DNA of 64,000 nt from a virus (Duplodnaviria > Heunggongvirae > Uroviricota > Caudoviricetes): positions 70,630 to 134,629 of IMG/VR virus record IMGVR_UViG_3300013102_000004, one strand, 5' to 3'. The translations under genes were made by a program, and so were the position numbers. Shown piece after piece: positions 48,161-56,782 of this stretch. Below the pieces are notes generated by a model. It ran no database searches. It saw only the letters and a list, made by a program, of their open reading frames with translations, and was not told the DNA's origin. Each line of letters opens with the position of its first letter. Position 1 is the first letter of the stretch.

Positions 48161-48198
48161 CTTAGTTGAATTGCTAACTATCGGTAGAATGAATTCTA
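48122..48198. repeat. Pair of palindromes TAGAAT-NN-ATTCTA
   Basis: 48122-48135 and 48185-48198, 63 bp apart. Confidence 0.8.
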
Positions 48199-48392
48199 GT
48201 TCTGCCTGTTTTGGCGGGTACAGAGCAATTCTGTTATCTAGTTGTGACCTACTGGCTTATTTGAGTTCTGTCATCTGCCTATACCCAAACATCAAATAGT
48301 TTCGTCACTTGACGTAATAGATCATTTCATTAGCTAACGAAACAATTACATACAGTAATTACTTAATGTCATTAGCAGCACAAAGAGTATAG

Positions 48393-48577
48393 ATAGGCTT
48401 GCCTTACTTGAACGAGAATTCATATTAGGTTAGGTATAGCTTACTTGAATCTGATTTCAGGTTAGGATGACCTTACTTAGGTTTGGCTAATTTGAGGCGG
48501 GATTCAACTAAGGATAGGCTACCCTAACAAAGCATACCCTCACTTAGTCTACCCTTACTTAGGCAAGGCTTACCTTT
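48393..48577. promoter_or_regulatory. Tandem array of about 7 IdeR/DtxR-like 19-bp boxes
   Basis: Starts 48393 (14/19), 48430 (15), 48462 (14), 48477 (15), 48509 (17), 48544 (14), 48559 (17); hand-scored against TWAGGTWAGSCTWACCTWA. Confidence 0.6.
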
Positions 48578-48614
48578 CTCTATAGAGAATGATATAACTT
48601 ATTTGGTTTTGTAC

Positions 48615-48799
48615 CCATTAAGCGTCATTAAGTATTAGCCCTGGTGGGAGCTTAGACATTAAGTTAAGACTTTTGTAGGCCCCGGCCGGGTTTTCAAAAA
48701 ACATTAAGTTTTGACGTTTTATGGTGAATTTCGGACATTTTAAGTTAAATATGTATGAAAAAGGCTTGTTTTCGAGTAAAAAACAGACATTAAGTTAAG
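48615..48799 (+). repeat. CATTAAG(TTAAG) direct repeats around a CCCGGCCGGG palindrome
   Basis: GACATTAAGTTAAG at 48655 and 48786; ACATTAAGTT at 48701; variants near 48616, 48626, 48734; palindrome 48680-48689. Confidence 0.8.
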
Positions 48800-49237
48800 C
48801 AACCTCAAAACTATTACATCTGTACTAGAAATCACGGCTATGAATGTTCAGTATTTCATATGACTACACCGATATGGCGTACACATGTTCATTTTAACGA
48901 ACATTCATACATTAAGTATAGTATTTGATGAACATCAGTACCCATCTCTGTCTCTTTACGGTTCTCTATTTGCTTTGCATACACGAATACCCTACAAAGA
49001 AATACACAGACATTCTACATACACTTCTATATGCTTTATCTCTATACTTCTCTATAGTGTAATCACTGTATACACACCGCGCAAAAATGCTACGCAGTCT
49101 TTGTTCGTCTTGTATTCAGTCGCCTCTGGATCATCTCATACATCATTGTATCTACCTCATCGAACACTTTGTGATCAAACATGCAGTCATATGCAATCAG
49201 CATTGACTCTAGTTCCTGCACGCTGAATCTATCCACT

Positions 49238-49504
49238 CTATTCACCCTCTCTTATCAGTTCTGACAGCCTATCATTATGCCAATGCCACTTGGCCTTCTC
49301 GATACGTCTTGAAGCCTTAGAAATGCTCTCCTGCCATGTTTTATCCCAGTACTCCGCAAGACCGACTTCAATCTCATCAGCATCACCATCAATGTAGTAA
49401 TCAGTAAAGACCTGACTGTACCACATTGGTTGACTTAGCTTGCCTACTTCTCTACGACGTGCCTTACATATCTCTATTCTAATTTGCATCGTGCCAATAC
49501 ACAC
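49238..49504 (-). CDS. Hypothetical protein
   Basis: 88 aa on the coding strand. Confidence 0.55.
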   Translation of the reverse strand: MCIGTMQIRIEICKARRREVGKLSQPMWYSQVFTDYYIDGDADEIEVGLAEYWDKTWQESISKASRRIEKAKWHWHNDRLSELIREGE

Positions 49505-49733
49505 TATCTTCCCACTCGGAGTTCAGTACTTCTGACCATCTCAGACCATCATCTACTGTATAGATATTGTTAAACCAGTTAGGGCATTCTCCGTCTTGTG
49601 TTGTATAGATGAACCAATCGTCATCCGTTGGACGATACCGCACCGCGAAAAATACGTACTGATCGTTCTGCACAGTAATGTCATACACTTGCTGAATAAG
49701 TTCTTGGGTAAACATTGGAATTTTCATGCTCAT
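49479..49733 (-). CDS. Hypothetical protein
   Basis: 84 aa aromatic/acidic. Confidence 0.6.
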   Translation of the reverse strand: MSMKIPMFTQELIQQVYDITVQNDQYVFFAVRYRPTDDDWFIYTTQDGECPNWFNNIYTVDDGLRWSEVLNSEWEDSVYWHDAN

Positions 49734-49971
49734 CTTTCTTGCTGAATATTTGTTGGCTTGTTTTTCCTGCTGAAAAATCTGCTGGATTTTTATTGCTGGA
49801 AATTTTGCTGAATATTTAGTTGGCTCAGATTTTCTGCTGAAAATTCATGCTCAATCTTTTTCCTGCTGAGAAATCACAACCGGACCATTTTTCGACTGCC
49901 ATAATTCCTGCTGGCGTTTTAGCCTATCACGACGTTGCTTTTTCTTTTTCTCGTCAGTCTGTACAATGCTG
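49690..49971. repeat. Degenerate TGCTG repeats with A/T tracts
   Basis: 10 TGCTG copies; TTGCTGAATATTT(A)GTTGGCT occurs twice. Confidence 0.75.
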
Positions 49972-50002
49972 GCTGAAGATTCGAGCTGACCCTTTTTACC
50001 GC

Positions 50003-50191
50003 TCATCCTCGTGTATCCAAACTGAAGTCATCTGGGTTTCGTAATGTACTGATCTGAGTTTCTACATGATCTGGAATTTGATTCTTGTCAATCCAGTCTT
50101 CTATCTCTTGTTCAGTTTCAAACGGTCCCCATGATCTATAGATGGTGATGTACCAGCTTGGATCAGGGATTGGGACTGTAACGATGAACAT
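50003..50191 (-). CDS. Hypothetical protein
   Basis: 62 aa; WGPFETEQE motif. Confidence 0.6.
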   Translation of the reverse strand: MFIVTVPIPDPSWYITIYRSWGPFETEQEIEDWIDKNQIPDHVETQISTLRNPDDFSLDTRG

Positions 50192-50193
50192 GC

Positions 50194-50370
50194 TCAGAAT
50201 CCGATCTGATGAATGACAGCCATTGGAAATTCGTCTTTAAGCTCAGTCATCAGCTCTTTAGCATAGTCCTGAGTGTTGACCAAGTTTGCTTCTATTCTGC
50301 AACCATTTTCGATAAGGTCAACGTAGAACAGACCACTTACTGACTTTCCTGCTTCGATTATGTACCGCAT
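50194..50370 (-). CDS. Hypothetical protein (not in ORF track)
   Basis: 58 aa MRYIIEAGKSVSGLFYVDLI... Confidence 0.5.
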   Translation of the reverse strand: MRYIIEAGKSVSGLFYVDLIENGCRIEANLVNTQDYAKELMTELKDEFPMAVIHQIGF

Positions 50371-50581
50371 AGTTGTATATACACCATTCCTGCTAGAAAA
50401 GCTATTGCTAGCATTATTGTTAAAGCATTACGTACCCCGCGAAAAACCGGATTCACCATGACCTTGACCACTTCCACTCTTTACCACAGCTACAGTAATA
50501 CAATCTGTTGAAGATTGTGTCATACGTAGGAATCTCATAGTAACTTAACTTATGTCCCAGCAACCTATGCCATGTAATCAT

Positions 50582-51007
50582 CTAGCACATCTCCGATACA
50601 TCTTGTAGATTCTTTTGATAGCATTCCATCACCTGTTGCTGCTGAGCCACCTGACCCCATACGAGCAACACGAACAAACCTACCACTCCCACGGTTGATC
50701 CCACGCATACCCACATGTATTCCCAATCAATTTGACGCTTTGGCTTGTAGCCTGCATCACGATCAATTTCCCATTGGTGTGGTGTACGCTTCATCGGCTT
50801 GCTACGCTCTCGTCCAGAACAGCAATCCATTTGCTCATAACGCTGAGCATACTGGTCATCGTCGGCAAACGTGTCTTCTCGATTAGGGTTTCCTGACACG
50901 TAATATGGCCTAGGATTAATTTTCTTGGTCTGATACTGCTTGACTGTGCGTACCGGCTTATTTCGTGGATCAATGAAGCTGGCAGGTTCGCTGCACTTAT
51001 TGCACAT
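50582..51007 (-). CDS. Hypothetical membrane protein
   Basis: C-terminal TM helix, N-terminal CxxC. Confidence 0.5.
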   Translation of the reverse strand: MCNKCSEPASFIDPRNKPVRTVKQYQTKKINPRPYYVSGNPNREDTFADDDQYAQRYEQMDCCSGRERSKPMKRTPHQWEIDRDAGYKPKRQIDWEYMWVCVGSTVGVVGLFVLLVWGQVAQQQQVMECYQKNLQDVSEMC

Positions 51008-51148
51008 TCTTATTCTTTCTAGGCTTCAGGTCAGCATCTCTGCTCTTGCATGATCGACAGATGTACATTAGCACATCACAACCAGCAATGAAACGTCTGC
51101 TGGCAATTCGTTCGGTGTCTGATCCACTACACTCAGAACACATGAAAT

Positions 51149-51442
51149 TCATTTGCTTGACCAGCTATTCTCACCAATGTAACCATGAGAAATGTCTTCA
51201 TATGTCACTGTGGTAGTTGTCTTTTTCTCAGTCCGATACACGATCTTAGCATCGAACTTACCCCACTCACGTTCAAGCTTCAGTAAATCATCCTGTACCG
51301 CGTTTTTGAGGTCTGCATATGGTCCCCAATGACTTGATGGATTAAGCGTCTCGTTTGTCCACTCAGTACCGATCAAACGCTTCTGTCCTGAGTCCAGAGT
51401 GATTTCGGCAATGACTCTACTAACTGATTTAACTTTTCTCAC
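51149..51442 (-). CDS. Hypothetical protein
   Basis: 97 aa, GTGA overlap. Confidence 0.6.
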   Translation of the reverse strand: MRKVKSVSRVIAEITLDSGQKRLIGTEWTNETLNPSSHWGPYADLKNAVQDDLLKLEREWGKFDAKIVYRTEKKTTTTVTYEDISHGYIGENSWSSK

Positions 51443-51687
51443 TGTACCTCCAAACTGACTACGAACACGGTATCTCCAATGTCCAAACGTCCCTTGCTTA
51501 CGTACTGCTCTTCTGTCAAGCAGAATCCACTCCTACCGAATCGTGGCAAGTAGTTGGCATTGTAGTCGCTGATCAACATCTCACGAACCACTGCTTCGGC
51601 TTCAAGCGGATCGGAGTATGCCTCTTCAGGAATAAAGATTGCCTGCTCAGAGTGTCGGTCTTCGATTGCTACAATGTAAACATTCAT
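51439..51687 (-). CDS. Hypothetical protein
   Basis: 82 aa, coupled. Confidence 0.6.
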   Translation of the reverse strand: MNVYIVAIEDRHSEQAIFIPEEAYSDPLEAEAVVREMLISDYNANYLPRFGRSGFCLTEEQYVSKGRLDIGDTVFVVSLEVQ

Positions 51688-51881
51688 TTCTTGATCCCCA
51701 ATTCGTATACTTGACCGAATGCGCCGAACGTCTTACTCGCACGCACAGAGCTTTTCTTGGCCTTCTCTTTGTCAGTGAACAGTGTAGCACGCTCTAGGCT
51801 GGTTTTGATCGGATTTTTACCAGGTACGTCATCTTCCCAGGCAAGAAAGCCATTCTTGTACTTGACTACATATGCTGACAT
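51684..51881 (-). CDS. Hypothetical protein
   Basis: 65 aa, RBS AGGAG, after promoter. Confidence 0.65.
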   Translation of the reverse strand: MSAYVVKYKNGFLAWEDDVPGKNPIKTSLERATLFTDKEKAKKSSVRASKTFGAFGQVYELGIKK

Positions 51882-51917
51882 GCCGACTCCTATGCTGGAA
51901 ATTTGTCTGGATACAAA

Positions 51918-51949
51918 ACAACCCTAGCTTTTTGGGCTAGGGTTGTCAA
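51918..51949 (-). promoter_or_regulatory. Overlapping terminator hairpin and SigA promoter
   Basis: TTGACA-17-TAGGGT within 11-bp IR ACAACCCTAGC/GCTAGGGTTGT followed by TTTT. Confidence 0.75.
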
Positions 51950-51952
51950 GTG

Positions 51953-52159
51953 TTAGATTTCTATGTGATAACCAGCACTTTTGCACTCACGACAAAACAT
52001 AATATAGCTATATGGATTGTTTGCTACCACTGCTTGGTCTGCTGGATCACCAGAACGGTATATCTCATCACCACATGATTGACACTCAAGAATTAGATCA
52101 GGTTCATACATCTTCAGCTTCCTGTTCCGGCAAGTCTTCATCGTACAACAAGCCTTCAA
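51953..52159 (-). CDS. Small Zn-finger protein
   Basis: CQSCG...CRECK; true start probably MYEPDL. Confidence 0.55.
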   Translation of the reverse strand: MKACCTMKTCRNRKLKMYEPDLILECQSCGDEIYRSGDPADQAVVANNPYSYIMFCRECKSAGYHIEI

Positions 52160-52252
52160 GCATCCAGCCGTATTTGTCTAGACACTCCTGGTATCCGTCT
52201 CTACGACCACGAGCATACACATACGAATCTCTTAGCTGTTGGACTGTCAGTT

Positions 52253-52477
52253 TCATCGCTTTAGCTCACGAATCTTCTCAACACATTCTTCTAGAGTATA
52301 GACCTGTGCTCCCCATTGGCAACCTAATTCCCAACTAATAGCCTGTTGCCACTCGTATGCGTGAGTCTCTTTCTCACGTGCCCGCTCCTCTTTTTCAACC
52401 ATTTTGGCTTGATCGGCACGACCACGCTCATACTCCTGAGCTAATGCTTCCTTGATCACATCATCTAGATACGTCAT
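52253..52477 (-). CDS. Hypothetical protein
   Basis: 74 aa, coupled. Confidence 0.6.
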   Translation of the reverse strand: MTYLDDVIKEALAQEYERGRADQAKMVEKEERAREKETHAYEWQQAISWELGCQWGAQVYTLEECVEKIRELKR

Positions 52478-52680
52478 CGCTTCAACCTAAACAATTTGAC
52501 TGCACCTTTGATCACGCCCATGAAGATAAGCACAATAGGCCAAACCAGACCCCAAACGAAAGCAAGAGCTACTGCACTCTCAGGATCATCGTAGTCTATC
52601 GCATACAGCTTTTTGCTTACTACTATCCAGAAGATCAGGAATCCCAGAAAGTAGAGTCCTCCGATAATTGCTGGTGTCAT
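52474..52680 (-). CDS. Small membrane protein (2 TM)
   Basis: Two hydrophobic helices, WGLVWP. Confidence 0.7.
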   Translation of the reverse strand: MTPAIIGGLYFLGFLIFWIVVSKKLYAIDYDDPESAVALAFVWGLVWPIVLIFMGVIKGAVKLFRLKR

Positions 52681-52883
52681 ACTGAACCACTTTCATCAAT
52701 TGGTACGATCTTGCCAAGAGGGCCGATCCTATTCTTTAAGATAAGTCCATCATCGGTTACAATCATCAAAGCCTCATGAACCCACTTGCTCGAAACAAGT
52801 ATGTCCGTGAATGACTCCACAGGGGCGGGAGTGCTAATAGTGATTGGTGCCCTATCTGACATAATAAGGGTAATTCTAGACAT
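52677..52883 (-). CDS. Hypothetical protein
   Basis: 68 aa, coupled. Confidence 0.55.
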   Translation of the reverse strand: MSRITLIMSDRAPITISTPAPVESFTDILVSSKWVHEALMIVTDDGLILKNRIGPLGKIVPIDESGSV

Positions 52884-53230
52884 TAATATGTGCCGCCTCT
52901 ATCGTCATGGTCATAGTCCCAACCTTCTCGTGGATCACGTTCGGGACTATCATTATAGTTATACATTTGCGAATAGTCCGGTTCTTCATCAGGACCATCA
53001 TAACCTAAGTTAAGTGTTGTAGGCTTGTACATGTATGGCTGTGGCATAATAGCCTGCTTCAAACCCTGATAGGCATCAGATTCAGTACGCGGGGAGTACT
53101 TCTCAATCAGTTTGTCTATTTGCTTGCGAAGCTCTTTTAGCTCTGCAACAAGCTCTGCACTCACCCGTTTGATTCCTTCAAGTGATGATCTATCCACATT
53201 TTCCCGCTGGTTTTGTAGCCACACGAGCAC
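52883..53230 (-). CDS. Hypothetical protein
   Basis: 115 aa, coiled coil plus acidic tail. Confidence 0.6.
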   Translation of the reverse strand: MLVWLQNQRENVDRSSLEGIKRVSAELVAELKELRKQIDKLIEKYSPRTESDAYQGLKQAIMPQPYMYKPTTLNLGYDGPDEEPDYSQMYNYNDSPERDPREGWDYDHDDRGGTY

Positions 53231-53660
53231 TGATACATCGTTGCCTGATCATCGTACGGGTGTGGCCACCAGTTTTCAAGTTTATGCATCATACGAAAAC
53301 ATTCTTCGTCTGAACATGATCATCCAACCACAAACGCAATGCTTCTGCTTCATCGGCAGTAAGCCGAAAACCCGAACCTGTAGGGCCTGAAAGCCTCATC
53401 TGGTTGTTTTCAACCATCTGAATGCTTACTGAATCGCTTAATGTCCACTTGTAGCTCAATGTAATCTCCTAGGTGTTGATAGGAATCGTCTAAGCACTCT
53501 TAGCCAACGCTTCACTTGAACAATCCGTTCTTTGCCATGTGCTCTGAAACACGGTGATATAAATCCATTGCTTTAGCACCCTCTTCCGGCTGATCCTGTT
53601 TATACAGAGTTTCAGCCAAGTCAGATACTCCTAAAAAGATAATGTTCCAGTCGGCCTTGC

Positions 53661-54602
53661 TCAGCTCCATAGTCCCCGATGCCTTGCCTGCTTGAATGCA
53701 ACCAGACTCTTAGTGAGCTTGGTCCTGTCATTGCTGAACCTGAACCTATCAGAAAGACTGTCTGCAAACAACTCAGTGATCACAGAAGCATCCTTATCCG
53801 AATCGCTATTCAACAAGCCAATCTGATTGATCAGTACCGCCCAACGATGATCAGCATTCTTTTCTTCCTTATTTAAGATTAGGCCAATAGCTCTAACCTT
53901 GGCGTAGCTAGACACAGATGCAAACTCTGGCAGCATGATCCTCATCAAACCTGTCTCTTTCAAAAATGACAGGCCAAGGTCCACATTGTCAGACAGAAGC
54001 AACTTATCAAGCTCTTGTGCCCAACGCTCACGACTCACAGTCATCAGCTCATGCTTCAGAGTGTAAATGTCATCCATCAGATCAGCATTAATGTCAAATG
54101 CTAACTGAGTGGCAAGACGAACAGCCCTGAGCATACGCAATGGGTCTTCAGAAATACGGTCAGAACCTCGTCCCACAGGCATGATTTCCCGATTGTTAAG
54201 AGAGTTCTTACCTTCAAATGGATCAATAAGATCACCATCGAAGTTCTGAGCAATTGCGTTCATGGTGAAGTCACGACGTGATAGGTCAGCAACCAGACTC
54301 TCTGTGTACTGAACCTCAGGCTTACGATCACCCGGCACGTACAGCTCAGTACGGAACGTTGTAATCTCAATGTCTTCACCCTGAGACTTGAAACCGATTG
54401 TGCCAAAACGCTTTCCGGCAAGGTGTGGTTTCTTACCTGCCTTGCGTACTGCTGCTTCAATGTCATCAGGCAACATTGGTGTGCAGAAATCAAAGTCTTT
54501 TACTGGGCGTCCGAGAATGTTATCACGAACTGAACCACCGACCAAGTAGCCTTCGCCACCAAGGATTTCGCTCACTTCGTTCATCAACGGTGCTGATATC
54601 AT
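53661..54602 (-). CDS. cca: tRNA nucleotidyltransferase (class II CCA-adding enzyme)
   Basis: YLVGGSVRD..KDFDF (DxD), EITTFR, DLSRRDFTMNAIA, EDPLRMLRAVR. Confidence 0.92.
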   Translation of the reverse strand: MISAPLMNEVSEILGGEGYLVGGSVRDNILGRPVKDFDFCTPMLPDDIEAAVRKAGKKPHLAGKRFGTIGFKSQGEDIEITTFRTELYVPGDRKPEVQYTESLVADLSRRDFTMNAIAQNFDGDLIDPFEGKNSLNNREIMPVGRGSDRISEDPLRMLRAVRLATQLAFDINADLMDDIYTLKHELMTVSRERWAQELDKLLLSDNVDLGLSFLKETGLMRIMLPEFASVSSYAKVRAIGLILNKEEKNADHRWAVLINQIGLLNSDSDKDASVITELFADSLSDRFRFSNDRTKLTKSLVAFKQARHRGLWS

Positions 54603-54831
54603 CTTCTATTTCCTCTCGTGGGGCCATACCTGTACCGAAACATTCAGGACAGTCTATCACTTGCAAGGGACGACCGGTTGGGTACCAGGAATCATACTCC
54701 AAAATATTTGGTGCATCATTCCTGATATCCCAATCCCGATCAATCCAGAACCAGACTCTACCACGAGACATACAGTACAAGCAACGACCGTGACGACGCA
54801 TTAAGTCTTCAAGCGTACCTATTGCTGCCAT
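54523..54831 (-). CDS. Small Zn-finger protein (CxxCxxxG pair)
   Basis: CLYCMSRG...CPECFGTG. Confidence 0.55.
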   Translation of the reverse strand: MAAIGTLEDLMRRHGRCLYCMSRGRVWFWIDRDWDIRNDAPNILEYDSWYPTGRPLQVIDCPECFGTGMAPREEIEDDISTVDERSERNPWWRRLLGRWFSS

Positions 54832-54836
54832 TTAAC

Positions 54837-55268
54837 TTATTTCGCTGGCTTAGGTGCTGCTGGCTTGGGGGCAGGTGGTTTAGGTGGTGATGCTGGCTTA
54901 GGCTTATTAACATCAACCTTTGGTGTATCTACCTTGGGTTGCTGTGTTTTAGGCGCTGGTGCCTGTGTGGTGGGCTTTGGTGGTGTTCCTGTTGGCATCG
55001 GTGCCGTTGTCTTAGGTGCTACCGTAGCAGTCTTCACTGACTTCGGCGGTGCCTGAGTAGGAACAATGTAATACGTCCTATTGTTTTGAACGTATGTACC
55101 CAATCCGTAATTGAAGAACGGATCGTACTGACCATTGAAGTAATGCTGTCCCCAACTGTTATTGTAATTGTTATTGGGCTTAGAACCACAACCTGTCAGG
55201 AATGCTACGATCAGGATCGCCAACACGATTCCAACAACAAACCATTTCAAATTAAACTGAGTCTTCAT
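54837..55268 (-). CDS. Lipoprotein with Pro/Lys/Thr-rich tail
   Basis: Lipobox LTGC, N/Y-rich segment, PKP repeats. Confidence 0.75.
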   Translation of the reverse strand: MKTQFNLKWFVVGIVLAILIVAFLTGCGSKPNNNYNNSWGQHYFNGQYDPFFNYGLGTYVQNNRTYYIVPTQAPPKSVKTATVAPKTTAPMPTGTPPKPTTQAPAPKTQQPKVDTPKVDVNKPKPASPPKPPAPKPAAPKPAK

Positions 55269-55852
55269 CAGAAATTCAATTCCTCATCGTCCAGATCAGC
55301 TCCAAGGCCAATCTCGTCTTCGTAACGGCGCAACTTATTCAGTGCTGATTTACCGTCAAGGCTACGCAACCAGCCCTCAAAGCTGGGATTGCACAAACAT
55401 GCAGGGCTACGAGACTCACGAATCAAAGTGATTGCTTCATCTGCTGTCCTGCCCTTCAGCATCAGGCTACGTGCCGCAACCAAAGAGCTACGATTCAAGC
55501 CTGCCTGGCAATGTACCAGAGTTGGACCCTGTTCGACAAACTCATTGACCTTGGCGGCAAGCTCGTCCACCTGATCAAATACCTGAGACTCAGAGTCGTA
55601 CATCTTGAACTGAATGTGGTTCTCTTCGCTGAGATTGTGCTTGTACTCTTCCCAAGGGTATAGAGATACTACATGCTTAATGAAATCAGGGAGAACCAAT
55701 TTGTTTTGACACCCGCCCTGCCAGAGGTTGCCCTCAATCTGGCTGATGAACGGTACGTCAAACGGTGTGCGTCCGTGATATGCGATACCACTCATACGCT
55801 GAATCTGAGGATCGAAATTGATATCAATCCTGGTTGGATCAATGCTGGTCAT
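55268..55852 (-). CDS. Dual-specificity (Cys-based) phosphatase
   Basis: LVHCQAGLNRS (HCx5R), MYDSE acid loop. Confidence 0.9.
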   Translation of the reverse strand: MTSIDPTRIDINFDPQIQRMSGIAYHGRTPFDVPFISQIEGNLWQGGCQNKLVLPDFIKHVVSLYPWEEYKHNLSEENHIQFKMYDSESQVFDQVDELAAKVNEFVEQGPTLVHCQAGLNRSSLVAARSLMLKGRTADEAITLIRESRSPACLCNPSFEGWLRSLDGKSALNKLRRYEDEIGLGADLDDEELNF

Positions 55853-56337
55853 TCTGTGCCTTCCGTTGGCTTATCAGGTGCGTAGGTCCACAGTTCAAGA
55901 TCAACCGGACCATCAGCGTAGAACTTTTCGAACATGGCTTTCATCGTGGACCATTCAAGACCACCGACACCACACCCTATCTGAGGCAGTGCAATCTTTC
56001 CAAAATCATTGGTCTTGGAGAAGATCACAGCCTGATTCAGGGCATGATTCGTCCATGCGTACTGTGCGTTGGGACCAGGCAAATCCTGGCTGAACAGGTT
56101 CGCAATGACCTTACCTGTTCCATCGTAGAAGTCGTTGGTCCAAATTGCTGCTGTGCCAACCAACCGCTCCGTTGGTAGCGTAGCACACAATTCCTTGTAG
56201 TAGTCGTGCATTTCGGGATACTGATCCCTGAACTGTACAGCAATACCAGATGCCATTGCTCCCTTGGTATTGACTCCGTGTCCGATGATATGTGCATCGG
56301 TAGTAAAGATATTGCCTGTCTTGAGCGTGATCGCCAT
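55849..56337 (-). CDS. Macrodomain protein (ADP-ribose hydrolase/binder)
   Basis: GNIF..IGHGVN..GAMASGIAVQF..IANLFSQ..IALPQIGCGVGGLEW. Confidence 0.9.
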   Translation of the reverse strand: MAITLKTGNIFTTDAHIIGHGVNTKGAMASGIAVQFRDQYPEMHDYYKELCATLPTERLVGTAAIWTNDFYDGTGKVIANLFSQDLPGPNAQYAWTNHALNQAVIFSKTNDFGKIALPQIGCGVGGLEWSTMKAMFEKFYADGPVDLELWTYAPDKPTEGTE

Positions 56338-56372
56338 GATGTTATTTCATTTCTGTTGATGGGTGTCTGAAA

Positions 56373-56408
56373 AGTGGGAGGGCCAACCTGTAGTCGAACC
56401 CTCCCACT
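56373..56408 (-). terminator. Terminator
   Basis: 10-bp IR AGTGGGAGGG/CCCTCCCACT followed by TTT. Confidence 0.7.
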
Positions 56409-56443
56409 ACTTATGAGAGATAGCCTGAGAAAGCAAGCTAATT

Positions 56444-56782
56444 CTACCCCTCATCCTCCGACGCGTCTTCCACATCCTCTTCAGGAATCTCGTTGCCGTC
56501 TTCGTCAACAGGCACGCCCATTGCGAAAGCTGACGAATCTTCCTTGAAGACGTAGCGCCATTCCATATTGCTGATCACGTCCACCTTGGCGCTTGGCAAC
56601 TGTTCTGCCATTGCGTTGGCCATTGCCTGTTCAACTGCTTCCTTGACCAGTTCAAGCCTACGTGCGTGAACCTTTCCTCCCGGTCGGAAAGATGCAACAA
56701 TGTCGAGATGCAAATCACGACGGTAGAGTTCCGGCTTGGCTTCTGTTGCTGTGGTGTCCGTGTTGTCTGCTGCTGTAGTCAT
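56444..56782 (-). CDS. Hypothetical protein with own promoter
   Basis: 112 aa, RBS GAAAGG; TTGACG-18-TAACTT at 56863-56834. Confidence 0.7.
   Translation of the reverse strand: MTTAADNTDTTATEAKPELYRRDLHLDIVASFRPGGKVHARRLELVKEAVEQAMANAMAEQLPSAKVDVISNMEWRYVFKEDSSAFAMGVPVDEDGNEIPEEDVEDASEDEG

Noticed and set aside
48885-49226. 113-aa plus-strand ORF
   Set aside because: Opposes local gene direction, low-complexity Y/S/T/H composition, no RBS
48393-49971. Possible CRISPR array in repeat-rich non-coding DNA
   Set aside because: Repeats are short, degenerate and irregularly spaced, with no unique 30-40 nt spacers and no cas genes
49855-50006. Possible decayed gene MSGKKG...REKEKQRRDRLKRQQELW
   Set aside because: Needs both a frameshift and stop readthrough; no homologue evidence available
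56373-56408. GGGTTCGACT resembling a tRNA T-loop
   Set aside because: Only a single hairpin with U-tract after a gene; no cloverleaf, so called a terminator
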